From the IMG/VR virus record IMGVR_UViG_3300018080_008436, positions 310,001 to 374,000 of that record: DNA of 64,000 nucleotides. One strand, written 5' to 3'. Position numbers and translations under genes: made by a program. The notes beneath the pieces are model-generated. The model worked only from the letters and a program-made list of their open reading frames with translations, ran no database searches and had not been told where the DNA came from. Positions 1 through 7,403 of this stretch are shown one piece after another (position 1 is the first letter of the stretch; the number at the start of each line of letters is the position of its first letter).

Positions 1-350
1 TTTTTAATGAACATACCCATCATTGGGTTCATGATGATAGCTTTCGGGTCTTCTAAAAGCTTACAAAGCTCATACACACCTTGTATAGTAAAGCCTCCGA
101 CAGATAAAGCATGTTTCTTTGGTAAAATACTTGCTTCTAGTAAAAGAAAAAATAGTTCATCTTCTTTTTCTTGTCCGACTTGCTCTAAAGGAGGGATCAA
201 AGCGGAATCTCTGCCAGTTACATGATCAACAGTATGATCAGGCATCATTAGATATCCACCAAGCTCTCTGTTTATTTCATAAACTGGATGAAGTCCACCT
301 AAGTCATCATTAATTAATAGGATTCTTGCAAGGTTGTTTAATTTTTTCAT
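1..350 (-). CDS. hypothetical protein, runs off the left edge
   Basis: Open frame MKKLNNLARILLINDDLGGLHPVYE... from ATG at 350, GGAGG RBS upstream; not in the ORF track because no stop is in the window. Confidence 0.75.
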   Translation of the reverse strand, partial: MKKLNNLARILLINDDLGGLHPVYEINRELGGYLMMPDHTVDHVTGRDSALIPPLEQVGQEKEDELFFLLLEASILPKKHALSVGGFTIQGVYELCKLLEDPKAIIMNPMMGMFIK

Positions 351-364
351 TATTTTCCTCCACT

Positions 365-394
365 AAAAAAGCCCCCGAATTTAATCAGGGGCTT
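365..394 (-). terminator. intrinsic terminator
   Basis: Minus strand AAGCCCCTGA-TTAAA-TTCGGGGGC followed by T6, just after the 399..890 stop. Confidence 0.8.
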
Positions 395-398
395 GAGT

Positions 399-890
399 TT
401 AACATCTCTTGTCTGCGGCCCAGGTTGCGGCCCATGAGTGAGGCTTGTGTTCGCAGTGGAACCCTTGAGCGGCAACCATACCAACCAACTCTGGTAGGTA
501 TTTTGAGCTTTTGTACTTAAGATTTGGATTAACATCCAAGTGAATGGTGATGATCTTCGCAGGGTCAATCTTACCATTTAGGAACCATCCTACCTCAAGA
601 GACCTAAAGGCTTCAATCATCAATCTCTGTCTCAAATTACTGATTCTCTCAGTTCTTTCTGAAGATAGGATTGCGCATCCACCTAATCCAAGGGTATATG
701 CTACGAGGCAAGTAGTAAAGGTGCAGTACTTTTTGCCTTTTCTGGAATAGTTCTGGCTATCTGTACCAATGTAGAACTCCGCATTGGGATGTTCTCCCAT
801 AAAGTCTATCACTTCGATAGCTGTCCTATCCCCAAACCTTTTCCACTTCCAGTTAATAAAAGGCGTGTACTTCCCCTCGTAGAATCCCAT
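399..890 (-). CDS. RNase H-like YkuK/DUF458 family protein
   Basis: YIGTDSQ motif, RL..EA..S, IHLDVN, KP.SWAA..AD pattern. Confidence 0.75.
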   Translation of the reverse strand: MGFYEGKYTPFINWKWKRFGDRTAIEVIDFMGEHPNAEFYIGTDSQNYSRKGKKYCTFTTCLVAYTLGLGGCAILSSERTERISNLRQRLMIEAFRSLEVGWFLNGKIDPAKIITIHLDVNPNLKYKSSKYLPELVGMVAAQGFHCEHKPHSWAATWAADKRC

Positions 891-907
891 AATATGTCTC
901 TCCTATT

Positions 908-1225
908 CTATGGTATGATGATCCCTCCTTTTCTTTTGTCGTTAGGAGTGACTATCGTACTCTGTTGTTCTTTCAATTTTTCGATAGCTTCTTGTTGAGC
1001 CTCGTCTCTCAACCGATCATACTCTTCTTCAGCGAATTTCTGAAAATCTTCGAAGCACTGCTCAAGAGTATACCCTTCTGGGAATTCAAAGTTTTGTGGA
1101 TCTCCCCCATATGGAGTTGGAATGATGAACATCCCGATGAACTGAGGTTCACCTTCTCCAACGGGGAATTTGCCAACTAACTGCTTCCCGTCGTCGTCCA
1201 CGAATTGTTTAATTTCGTAGATCAT
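908..1225 (-). CDS. hypothetical protein
   Basis: 105 aa ORF, ATGA overlap with upstream gene. Confidence 0.75.
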   Translation of the reverse strand: MIYEIKQFVDDDGKQLVGKFPVGEGEPQFIGMFIIPTPYGGDPQNFEFPEGYTLEQCFEDFQKFAEEEYDRLRDEAQQEAIEKLKEQQSTIVTPNDKRKGGIIIP

Positions 1226-1575
1226 ACCCCAATCCCCAGAGTCTCTTCAAGATCCATGACAACGTCTCCACTGTCATTCCAGGAATTGACGACTTTGCTC
1301 TGGATGTTTCTCAGAGCAGGCAACGGAAGGTTCTCAATGTTGACCATATGAGGAACAACCATTACCTTAACCCCAGTTACTCCTTCGAAAAGTTCGTTTA
1401 CCGTTTCGGCAACTCTTTCCATGTCGGACTTTGTTGCTGGAGTCTTTTCATTGCCAACCGTGACAATCAAAAGAGATCCGTCTTCGACATTTGGGAACAC
1501 CTGGGTTTTGAGTGTTTCCAGATCTCGATCCATCTGTCCACTCGTTTCTTTTTTTACAGTCTCTTTCTTTGACAT
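1222..1575 (-). CDS. hypothetical protein
   Basis: 117 aa ORF, AGGAG RBS, promoter upstream. Confidence 0.75.
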   Translation of the reverse strand: MSKKETVKKETSGQMDRDLETLKTQVFPNVEDGSLLIVTVGNEKTPATKSDMERVAETVNELFEGVTGVKVMVVPHMVNIENLPLPALRNIQSKVVNSWNDSGDVVMDLEETLGIGV

Positions 1576-1616
1576 TGTCTTGCTCCTTAGTTAGACTTAA
1601 GAACGATGATATTTAT

Positions 1617-1644
1617 AGTATAGACCGAAAAAACAATAAATCAA
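1617..1644 (-). promoter_or_regulatory. sigma70-type promoter
   Basis: TTGATT-N16-TATACT. Confidence 0.55.
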
Positions 1645-2126
1645 GGGCGAGTATGCAAAATAACTTGTTCGATCAACCTTTCTATGGAAGTTTCTGGCAA
1701 CCTTCTCCTTTCCTTTTTATAAAGAAAATCAAGGTATCTCGTTTTTGGTGCATTATCTGGACGACCATAAAAGAAGTTCTCAGATCCTACATGTAACCCA
1801 AATTCAACATTGGTTGTAAACGCTGGCATTGTTTTAAGTTCTCTAGGAACCCACGCAAGTATGGCTCCAAATTCTCGACAATGCGCTAAAGCCCTATATT
1901 CCCAATAAACTTGTTTGTGATAGTCAAAGGTGTCATCACCCTCTTTTTCTCGTGGTTCAGGGACATAGAGAACTCCATCGAATTCATGCTGTTTAAAAAT
2001 ATCGATAGCATTTGGCCTCCATGACTGCACATCAATGCTTCTTGGAGATGGCCCGACTAAAAACACAGGTTTTGATATACCTCTGATATCCTCTTGAATT
2101 GGTTCTCTTGCATAAACTACTTTCAT
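1641..2126 (-). CDS. nucleoside 2-deoxyribosyltransferase-like protein
   Basis: VFLVGP..SWR...QV.WE..AL...WVPR...TTNVEFG pattern. Confidence 0.7.
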   Translation of the reverse strand: MKVVYAREPIQEDIRGISKPVFLVGPSPRSIDVQSWRPNAIDIFKQHEFDGVLYVPEPREKEGDDTFDYHKQVYWEYRALAHCREFGAILAWVPRELKTMPAFTTNVEFGLHVGSENFFYGRPDNAPKTRYLDFLYKKERRRLPETSIERLIEQVILHTRP

Positions 2127-2446
2127 TGTATCTCTCCTTTATTCTTACACTCCATGTTTTTAACAGTGAAGATTTCATATCTAATGCTAAGGATGATGTT
2201 AAACTGGCTACAAACGTCTATTAATTCTTCATCCATTGGAAAGTCAGGAATTTCTTCCCCTTCTGGCAATGCACTTATCCAATCTTCTGCTTTTTTGACC
2301 CATTCATTCGCCATATGTAAGTTTGTAAATGTTCCCACTTTCCAAGTAGTGAAGCTATTAGTACCAGAAACGGTGCCCTCAACAAGATAGACATTATTAA
2401 CGTCTTCAAGATTATGGTGACTTAATAGAGTGGGTTTAATTTTCAT
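2123..2446 (-). CDS. hypothetical protein
   Basis: 107 aa ORF overlapping the next start. Confidence 0.65.
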   Translation of the reverse strand: MKIKPTLLSHHNLEDVNNVYLVEGTVSGTNSFTTWKVGTFTNLHMANEWVKKAEDWISALPEGEEIPDFPMDEELIDVCSQFNIILSIRYEIFTVKNMECKNKGEIQ

Positions 2447-2473
2447 TGTAATACTCTAAATTTTATTGCAAAA

Positions 2474-2681
2474 CTCCAAGCTCATAGGCAGGATTCTGTT
2501 TAATATTTTCCATCATTTATCTATTGGCATCAACCCGACCATTATAGAGTAGCTCACCCTCTAGGTCTGTTTGAATTGCAACCTCGGTAGTGCAAACGAA
2601 TCTCTTCTCCTACCTTAAGCTAAGTTGTCCTGACCTTCCTCTCATGAGCATTACCTCGTAGAGCGATGGATCGGCTTGAAA
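2474..2681 (-). ncRNA. rnpB: RNase P RNA, minimal (catalytic domain with vestigial specificity domain)
   Basis: GAGGAAGGUCAGGAC (2641-2627) and ACAGAAUCCUGCCU (2499-2486) form P4 with the bulged U; P1 UUUCAAGC/GCUUGGAG, P2 UCCAUC/GAUGGA, P5 CAAC/GUUG, P6 UAGCUUA/UGAGCUA, P7 GGUAG/CUACC, P15-17 with GGU loop, UAGAUAAAUGA motif. Confidence 0.88.
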
Positions 2682-2686
2682 ATGTT

Positions 2687-3118
2687 TTATCCTGGCCAAG
2701 GCCAAGACATAGTTAAGTGTATTGAATACATAAATCCGCCACCATCCTTAACGGCGGAATATATAAAGGGGAAAGGCTTCTTTTTAATGTCTGCGATGGC
2801 TTCCTCAAGATAAGCGATAACCTCTTCCTCAGCCTTATTATCTCCAAGTTCTTTCCGCTTTTCGTGCCAACGAATCTGATCCCTATTTGGAACAATCCGA
2901 ATAAACATGTCAGCAGGAATCCTGTCCTCATTACTACAGAACTCAGTCTTAACCCCAATTTTCTTTTCGTTGGCTTTCTTAATAAAATCTAGGATTTCTG
3001 CTTCAGTCATCTCCATAACTTCAGACATCCCAAAATCTTCTTCTGGAATGCCAAGTGACTCTAGGATATGGACATCCTCTGCAATTGCGTGAAAAACGAC
3101 TTTCATTGATGGCTCCAA
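2687..3118 (-). CDS. hypothetical protein
   Basis: ORF track; real start may be an internal Met. Confidence 0.65.
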   Translation of the reverse strand: MEPSMKVVFHAIAEDVHILESLGIPEEDFGMSEVMEMTEAEILDFIKKANEKKIGVKTEFCSNEDRIPADMFIRIVPNRDQIRWHEKRKELGDNKAEEEVIAYLEEAIADIKKKPFPFIYSAVKDGGGFMYSIHLTMSWPWPG

Positions 3119-3508
3119 TTATTTCTGTTTTCTACCAAGCAGTTTTTTAGTCTTCTTTTCCAAATCGTTGAGTTCAGAGAGCATTTTATCTCTTTCTTTA
3201 CCTTTTTTGTTGGCTCTAACCTCACGTTTCATCCTACGGATTTCAGCAAGTGCTGATTTGAGTCTGTCTTCATTGGTTTTTTCTTCAGGCTCTTCGTCAA
3301 GAGCTTCGTCTATATCATCCAAAAATTTATCAATGATATGTTCAGTATCTCCTGCCTTGTTAGCCCACTGTATAACGAGTTCTGTTGCAGTGAAGTTGAA
3401 TTCATCCATAATTCCATCTATGCCAAACTCGTTGTAAGTTTCTTCTATGTTTTGGGCAATTTTCGGAGAGCATTCGTTTTTGATCAAGAATTTATATAAG
3501 CTTTTCAT
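3119..3508 (-). CDS. hypothetical protein with C-terminal coiled coil
   Basis: 129 aa ORF, ATGA overlap. Confidence 0.7.
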   Translation of the reverse strand: MKSLYKFLIKNECSPKIAQNIEETYNEFGIDGIMDEFNFTATELVIQWANKAGDTEHIIDKFLDDIDEALDEEPEEKTNEDRLKSALAEIRRMKREVRANKKGKERDKMLSELNDLEKKTKKLLGRKQK

Positions 3509-3960
3509 CTGTTTTGCTCAATGTATTTTTTCTTGTATCTCAGTGCTACTTCGCGAGTAGTAGGAATTATTTCCCTGTTCCCTTCATTCTTTAATTTCTT
3601 GTATCCTGTTCCCCATCCCTCTTCTGCGAGGCCACATTCTCTGCAAGATCTAAAAGGAGGTCTATGAGAATGATAATCACTGCTTTTCGCTTCAGCTTCT
3701 AAAACTAATTCATGAGGACATTTGTCCATATAAGCTTCTTCAGCTTTTATTCTGAGTTCAGTCAAGGATTTTAATCTGCGTCCCACTTGGTCAATTTTGT
3801 CTTGGACTTGTTGAATGAGAGCCTTTTCAACTGCACCATCACTGATTGCTTCTTGAACAGTCGATCCTAAGTCTGCAATACTTTGGATTTCTTCTGCTTC
3901 TTCGTCTTCGCACCACATTGGGTCAGGATCTGTATCAATCATTTCATTATTTATGGACAT
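3505..3960 (-). CDS. hypothetical protein with possible Zn-binding C/H residues
   Basis: CPHE...CRECG; GAGGT RBS. Confidence 0.7.
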   Translation of the reverse strand: MSINNEMIDTDPDPMWCEDEEAEEIQSIADLGSTVQEAISDGAVEKALIQQVQDKIDQVGRRLKSLTELRIKAEEAYMDKCPHELVLEAEAKSSDYHSHRPPFRSCRECGLAEEGWGTGYKKLKNEGNREIIPTTREVALRYKKKYIEQNR

Positions 3961-3990
3961 AGTCTACCTCATCGATTGTTGGTTAGACTT

Positions 3991-4082
3991 TGGCGGAAGG
4001 AGAGGGATTTGAACCCTCGTGCCCCTTTCAGGACCAACCGCTTTCCAGGCGGTGACGATTAACCAGACTCCGTCATCCTTCC
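3991..4082 (-). tRNA. tRNA-Ser(GGA)
   Basis: Cloverleaf, loop CU-GGA-AA, long variable arm, G73, encoded CCA. Confidence 0.95.
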
Positions 4083-4088
4083 ATATTT

Positions 4089-4346
4089 TTATTTTTCATC
4101 TTGGGTTTTCGTTTCCCCTACTTTGATCAGATGTCTTGGGTTAACTAAAACAAGATAATTTTTAAGTACACAATATCCATTATCCAACATATACTCAATT
4201 TCATACATGGTGTTTATACTCATACTCCAAATACCTGCACCATGCCAGTCTTGATATTTTTGGGGGCGTTTAACAACATCCCCAATTTTCAAGCCGTTAG
4301 GATTGCAAACATCTGCCAGTTCAAGATCCGTTCTTTTCATCTTCAA
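4089..4346 (-). CDS. hypothetical protein
   Basis: 85 aa ORF in an overlapping gene chain. Confidence 0.6.
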   Translation of the reverse strand: MKMKRTDLELADVCNPNGLKIGDVVKRPQKYQDWHGAGIWSMSINTMYEIEYMLDNGYCVLKNYLVLVNPRHLIKVGETKTQDEK

Positions 4347-4599
4347 GTTCCTTGTTGATGAAATTCTTTAACACTGCATTGAACCCAATAGAGACAAGTT
4401 CTGAAAGCTCGTCCTCTGTTAAATCATGGGTTCTGACCCCCTCAATATTTTCTGATGCTTTTACAGCAACAACAGGAAGTCCACTCTCTTTTATTAAATC
4501 TTTTAGTGCAATAAGTATTAACGTATCGATCTCTCCTTCAGTAAGATCGATCTTAAATGGTTCGCCTGCTTCAAGTTTTTCTGGTTCAAGAATTTTCAT
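4321..4599 (-). CDS. hypothetical protein
   Basis: 92 aa acidic ORF, ATGA overlap. Confidence 0.7.
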   Translation of the reverse strand: MKILEPEKLEAGEPFKIDLTEGEIDTLILIALKDLIKESGLPVVAVKASENIEGVRTHDLTEDELSELVSIGFNAVLKNFINKELEDEKNGS

Positions 4600-4826
4600 C
4601 GTTTAATTACCTTCTCAGGCATTTCATCTCTTTTGTTCACAACCATGTACTTCCCATTGCCCTCAAAAATAACAGAAAGACCGCCATTTATTAGCTTAGC
4701 TGTTTCGCATTTGATCATTTCTGCCCCATCTTTTCTTTTGATCATCTCCCCAACATACTCTTCCTGTACTTTTTGATTGATAAAATCTGTTAGATTCATA
4801 TATCTACCTTTTATTTGGCTCTTCAA
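4596..4826 (-). CDS. hypothetical protein
   Basis: ORF track; start probably the internal MNL. Confidence 0.6.
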   Translation of the reverse strand: MKSQIKGRYMNLTDFINQKVQEEYVGEMIKRKDGAEMIKCETAKLINGGLSVIFEGNGKYMVVNKRDEMPEKVIKR

Positions 4827-5016
4827 TCACCATTATACAGCCAAGATTAGTATCAAAGTAACTAAGTCCATATTCTTCCAGAACTTCTAGGACCAGTTCC
4901 CTCATTTTAAGGGAATTTCCTGTAACAACCTCAAAAGGAGGGTCATAATTAAAAATATGAGAGTCAAGTAAAGACCGAACATCTTGATGCTTAACCCCAT
5001 GTAAATCTAACTTCAT
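4804..5016 (-). CDS. stand-alone Smr-domain protein
   Basis: MKLDLHG...VVTGNS...NLG motifs; ATG at 5016 overlaps the nadD TGA. Confidence 0.7.
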   Translation of the reverse strand: MKLDLHGVKHQDVRSLLDSHIFNYDPPFEVVTGNSLKMRELVLEVLEEYGLSYFDTNLGCIMVIEEPNKR

Positions 5017-5666
5017 TTTCCGTGTAACCAACCCTTCCGATTATGAGTCTCTTTCATTTGAACCTCTTCGGAAGGGACATAAAGACAGTGGTCCTGGATA
5101 TATCGTTGAACTTCTTCGTCCAAATATGGCAAAAAGTCTGATCTGCCATGTTTTTTGAAGTGATCTCTTGCCATAGTAGACGAACATTCGGTAATTTTGT
5201 CTTCTACGTCCAAGAAAAGATGGGGAGGATTCTTATACCATCGATATTTCTTCTTCAATTCGATTCCACTTCTTGTTACAACAACAAATTTGGCAATTTC
5301 CCGTAATTTTTTGAAATTATGCCAGTTAATGAAGTTGTTTACGTTGTCAGCACCAATGATAAAACTGATATCAACATCAAGTTGTGGGTCTTTGAGGAGG
5401 GTTTGGACTAATTCGAAGGTCGAACCACTCAGTTCATGTCTAATTTCGTAATCAAATACATGAAGTTTCGGATTTTTTCTGCAAGCGATAGCGCACATCC
5501 TGAGTCTGTGTAAATTAAGCTCTAAATTCTTACCAAATCGATGTTTATTGCAAGGCAAGAGCCAAACTTCATCAAATTTTCCTTTTTCAAGGACAAATTC
5601 AGCTACTTGTATATGAGCAAGTGTTGGGGGATTGAAAGCCCCGCCAAGAATGGCAATTTTAGTCAT
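5013..5666 (-). CDS. nadD: nicotinate/nicotinamide nucleotide adenylyltransferase
   Basis: ILGGAFNPPTLAH, FIIGADN...W, VVTR, SST.AR motifs; GGAG RBS before ATG 5666. Confidence 0.9.
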   Translation of the reverse strand: MTKIAILGGAFNPPTLAHIQVAEFVLEKGKFDEVWLLPCNKHRFGKNLELNLHRLRMCAIACRKNPKLHVFDYEIRHELSGSTFELVQTLLKDPQLDVDISFIIGADNVNNFINWHNFKKLREIAKFVVVTRSGIELKKKYRWYKNPPHLFLDVEDKITECSSTMARDHFKKHGRSDFLPYLDEEVQRYIQDHCLYVPSEEVQMKETHNRKGWLHGK

Positions 5667-5684
5667 AGTTTTCTCCAATGATTT

Positions 5685-5772
5685 TGGCGGAAGAGGTGGG
5701 ATTCGAACCCACGGATGCTCTCACATCAACGGTTTTCAAGACCGCCGCCTTCGACCTCTCAGCCACTCTTCC
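5685..5772 (-). tRNA. tRNA-Ser(UGA)
   Basis: Cloverleaf, loop CU-UGA-AA, long variable arm, GCCA end. Confidence 0.95.
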
Positions 5773-5778
5773 AAATTT

Positions 5779-5915
5779 TGATGGACAAGACGGGATTCGA
5801 ACCCGCAAATCGAGATGCCTCACCCATTGCTTAGGAGAAAAATAACTCCTGCCCATGGTAGCGACATTACTCTTAAGACCAGAGCCTCAACTTTGCCAAT
5901 TTAAGTTACTTGCCC
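5779..5915 (-). ncRNA. tRNA-like RNA with G3:U70/A73 acceptor and ~60 nt structured insert in the anticodon arm
   Basis: Acceptor GGGCAAG/CUUGUCC-A, D arm ACUU/AAGU, T arm GCGGG-UUCGAAU-CCCGU; ends UCA rather than CCA. Confidence 0.7.
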
Positions 5916-5929
5916 GTCTTGTCAAATTT

Positions 5930-6051
5930 TGGCGGATGAGGTAGGATTCGAACCTACACTGTAGCGGTTTCTGTTTTTTGGTTGCTGAAGAGAACCTTTT
6001 TGTCAAGTTCATTTTTTGGACCGCCGTCTCTGCCAGTTGGACTACTCATCC
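5930..6051 (-). tRNA. tRNA with ~45 nt insertion (possible intron) in the anticodon loop; identity uncertain, possibly Leu(CAG)
   Basis: Acceptor GGAUGAG/CUCAUCC-GCCA, D arm, stem GCGGU/ACCGC enclosing a ~52 nt loop ending CAGAA, intact T arm. Confidence 0.75.
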
Positions 6052-6062
6052 ATATTTATAGT

Positions 6063-6090
6063 AATATAGCCTTAAAATAAGAGATTGCAA
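6063..6090 (-). promoter_or_regulatory. sigma70-type promoter inside the tRNA region
   Basis: TTGCAA-N16-TATATT, 12 nt upstream of the 6051 tRNA 5' end. Confidence 0.6.
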
Positions 6091-6109
6091 GTTAAATATA
6101 AAGAAAAAT

Positions 6110-6196
6110 TGGAGGAAGATTGAGGGTTCGAACCCCATCCCTTTCGGAACCATCTGTTTTCGAAACAGTGACAGGAGCCATCCTGCATAATCTTCC
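6110..6196 (-). tRNA. tRNA-Ser(CGA), non-canonical 8/4 fold
   Basis: 8-bp acceptor GGAAGAUU/AAUCUUCC, 4-bp T stem, 6-bp D stem with 4-nt loop, loop UU-CGA-AA, U73-CCA. Confidence 0.85.
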
Positions 6197-6204
6197 ATAG
6201 AAAT

Positions 6205-6294
6205 TGGCGGAAGGGGAGGGATTCGAACCCTCGGACCCCTTGCGGGGTCGCAGGTTTAGCAAACCTGTACTTTCGGCCACTCAGTCACCCTTCC
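6205..6294 (-). tRNA. tRNA-Ser(GCU)
   Basis: Cloverleaf, loop UU-GCU-AA, long variable arm, GCCA. Confidence 0.95.
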
Positions 6295-6304
6295 ATAGGG
6301 GGCA

Positions 6305-7042
6305 TTATACCCCAAAAATCAATAATTCAAAATCGCCATTCTCATGTTCTACGATTGCAGAGCAATGCTCTACCCAATCTCCGCAGTTATAGTAGTCAAT
6401 CCCATCAATTTTTTTGATTATAGGAGAATGAACATGACCACATATAACTCCATCGCAATGATTCTCTTTGGCATACTCTGAAAGGAGACCTTCAAACTCT
6501 CCAACATAAGTAACAGCTTTTTTAAAATTTTCCCTGGCAAACTTTGATAAACGAACTCTTTTCACTCCGAACATCCTTAAACATCTTGCCAGGAACTCAT
6601 TCATTGAAACAAGAGTGTCATAACCCCAACTTCCAACCTTTGAGATCATGACTCCAATTCTTGAAAAAAGAATGAAATCAAACTTATCTCCATGAGTGAT
6701 GTAATACTTCTTTCCAAAACTGTGATAATATGTTTCTTTACAAATTTCCAGGTTCGGATAATGAAAACTGTCCAAAAGTTCCATCATACCATGATCATGA
6801 TTTCCTAAAACATAATGGACGTTACAGTGTTTTGACATTTTTAGAAGTCTTCTAATGACTTCTGTTTGGTTTTTATCCCATTTAGTTCTGTCTAATCTCC
6901 AAAGATCAAAGATATCTCCGATAAGATATAAATTGTCACATTCAGTCTCTTTTAGGAATTTAAGTAGTTCTTTAGATTTGCATCCAACACTGGCCATGTG
7001 GCAGTCTGAGATGAATACTGCTCGGTACTTAGTTTTACTCAT
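6305..7042 (-). CDS. calcineurin-like metallophosphoesterase, UDP-2,3-diacylglucosamine hydrolase (LpxH-like) family
   Basis: ISDCH, GDIFD, GNHD, HGD, GHVH, NCGDW motifs; AGGAGG RBS before ATG 7042. Confidence 0.85.
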   Translation of the reverse strand: MSKTKYRAVFISDCHMASVGCKSKELLKFLKETECDNLYLIGDIFDLWRLDRTKWDKNQTEVIRRLLKMSKHCNVHYVLGNHDHGMMELLDSFHYPNLEICKETYYHSFGKKYYITHGDKFDFILFSRIGVMISKVGSWGYDTLVSMNEFLARCLRMFGVKRVRLSKFARENFKKAVTYVGEFEGLLSEYAKENHCDGVICGHVHSPIIKKIDGIDYYNCGDWVEHCSAIVEHENGDFELLIFGV

Positions 7043-7130
7043 ATTTTTCCTCCTATAAGTAGTAAGGAATAATACTGAGAAAACAGGATAAAACCTACTC
7101 AATAATGAGTTGTTAACCAAGTATTAATAT

Positions 7131-7221
7131 TGGCAGAGGGAGTGGGACTCGAACCCACAAACCGCATTTCTACAGCTTACATGATTTCAAATCAAGCTCT
7201 TCATCCAGCCAGATTCCCTCC
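7131..7221 (-). tRNA. tRNA-Ser(UGA) with degenerate D arm
   Basis: Acceptor GGAGGGA/UCCCUCU-GCCA, loop UU-UGA-AA, long variable arm. Confidence 0.8.
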
Positions 7222-7227
7222 ATTGAT

Positions 7228-7313
7228 TGGTAGCTAGGAGGGGGGTCGAACCCCTACGCCTTTCGGCATTAGTTTCTAAGACTAACATGTCTACCAAGTT
7301 CCATCACCTAGCC
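7228..7313 (-). tRNA. tRNA-Leu(UAG)
   Basis: Loop CU-UAG-AA, variable arm GCC-GAAA-GGC, ACCA end. Confidence 0.95.
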
Positions 7314-7318
7314 ATCTT

Positions 7319-7395
7319 TGGTAGCCTCGCTGGGAGTCGAACCCAGAACATACAGTTTCTAAGACTGCCCTCTCTGCCAATTGGAGTACGAGACC
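7319..7395 (-). tRNA. tRNA-Leu(UAG), short variable loop
   Basis: 77 nt cloverleaf, loop CU-UAG-AA, ACCA end. Confidence 0.9.
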
Positions 7396-7403
7396 ATTAA
7401 ATT

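Noticed and set aside
350-577. 75-aa minus-strand ORF
   Set aside because: Overlaps the YkuK-like gene out of frame and crosses its terminator.
2517-2652. Short minus-strand frame interrupted by an in-frame TAG, suggesting stop-codon recoding
   Set aside because: The region is better explained as RNase P RNA. TAG terminates well-packed genes (908, 9464, 27208, 29374), long ORFs are intact in the standard code, and no CUA suppressor tRNA is present.
6110-6196. tRNA-Sec (selC)
   Set aside because: Anticodon reads CGA, not UCA, and the T stem is 4 bp.
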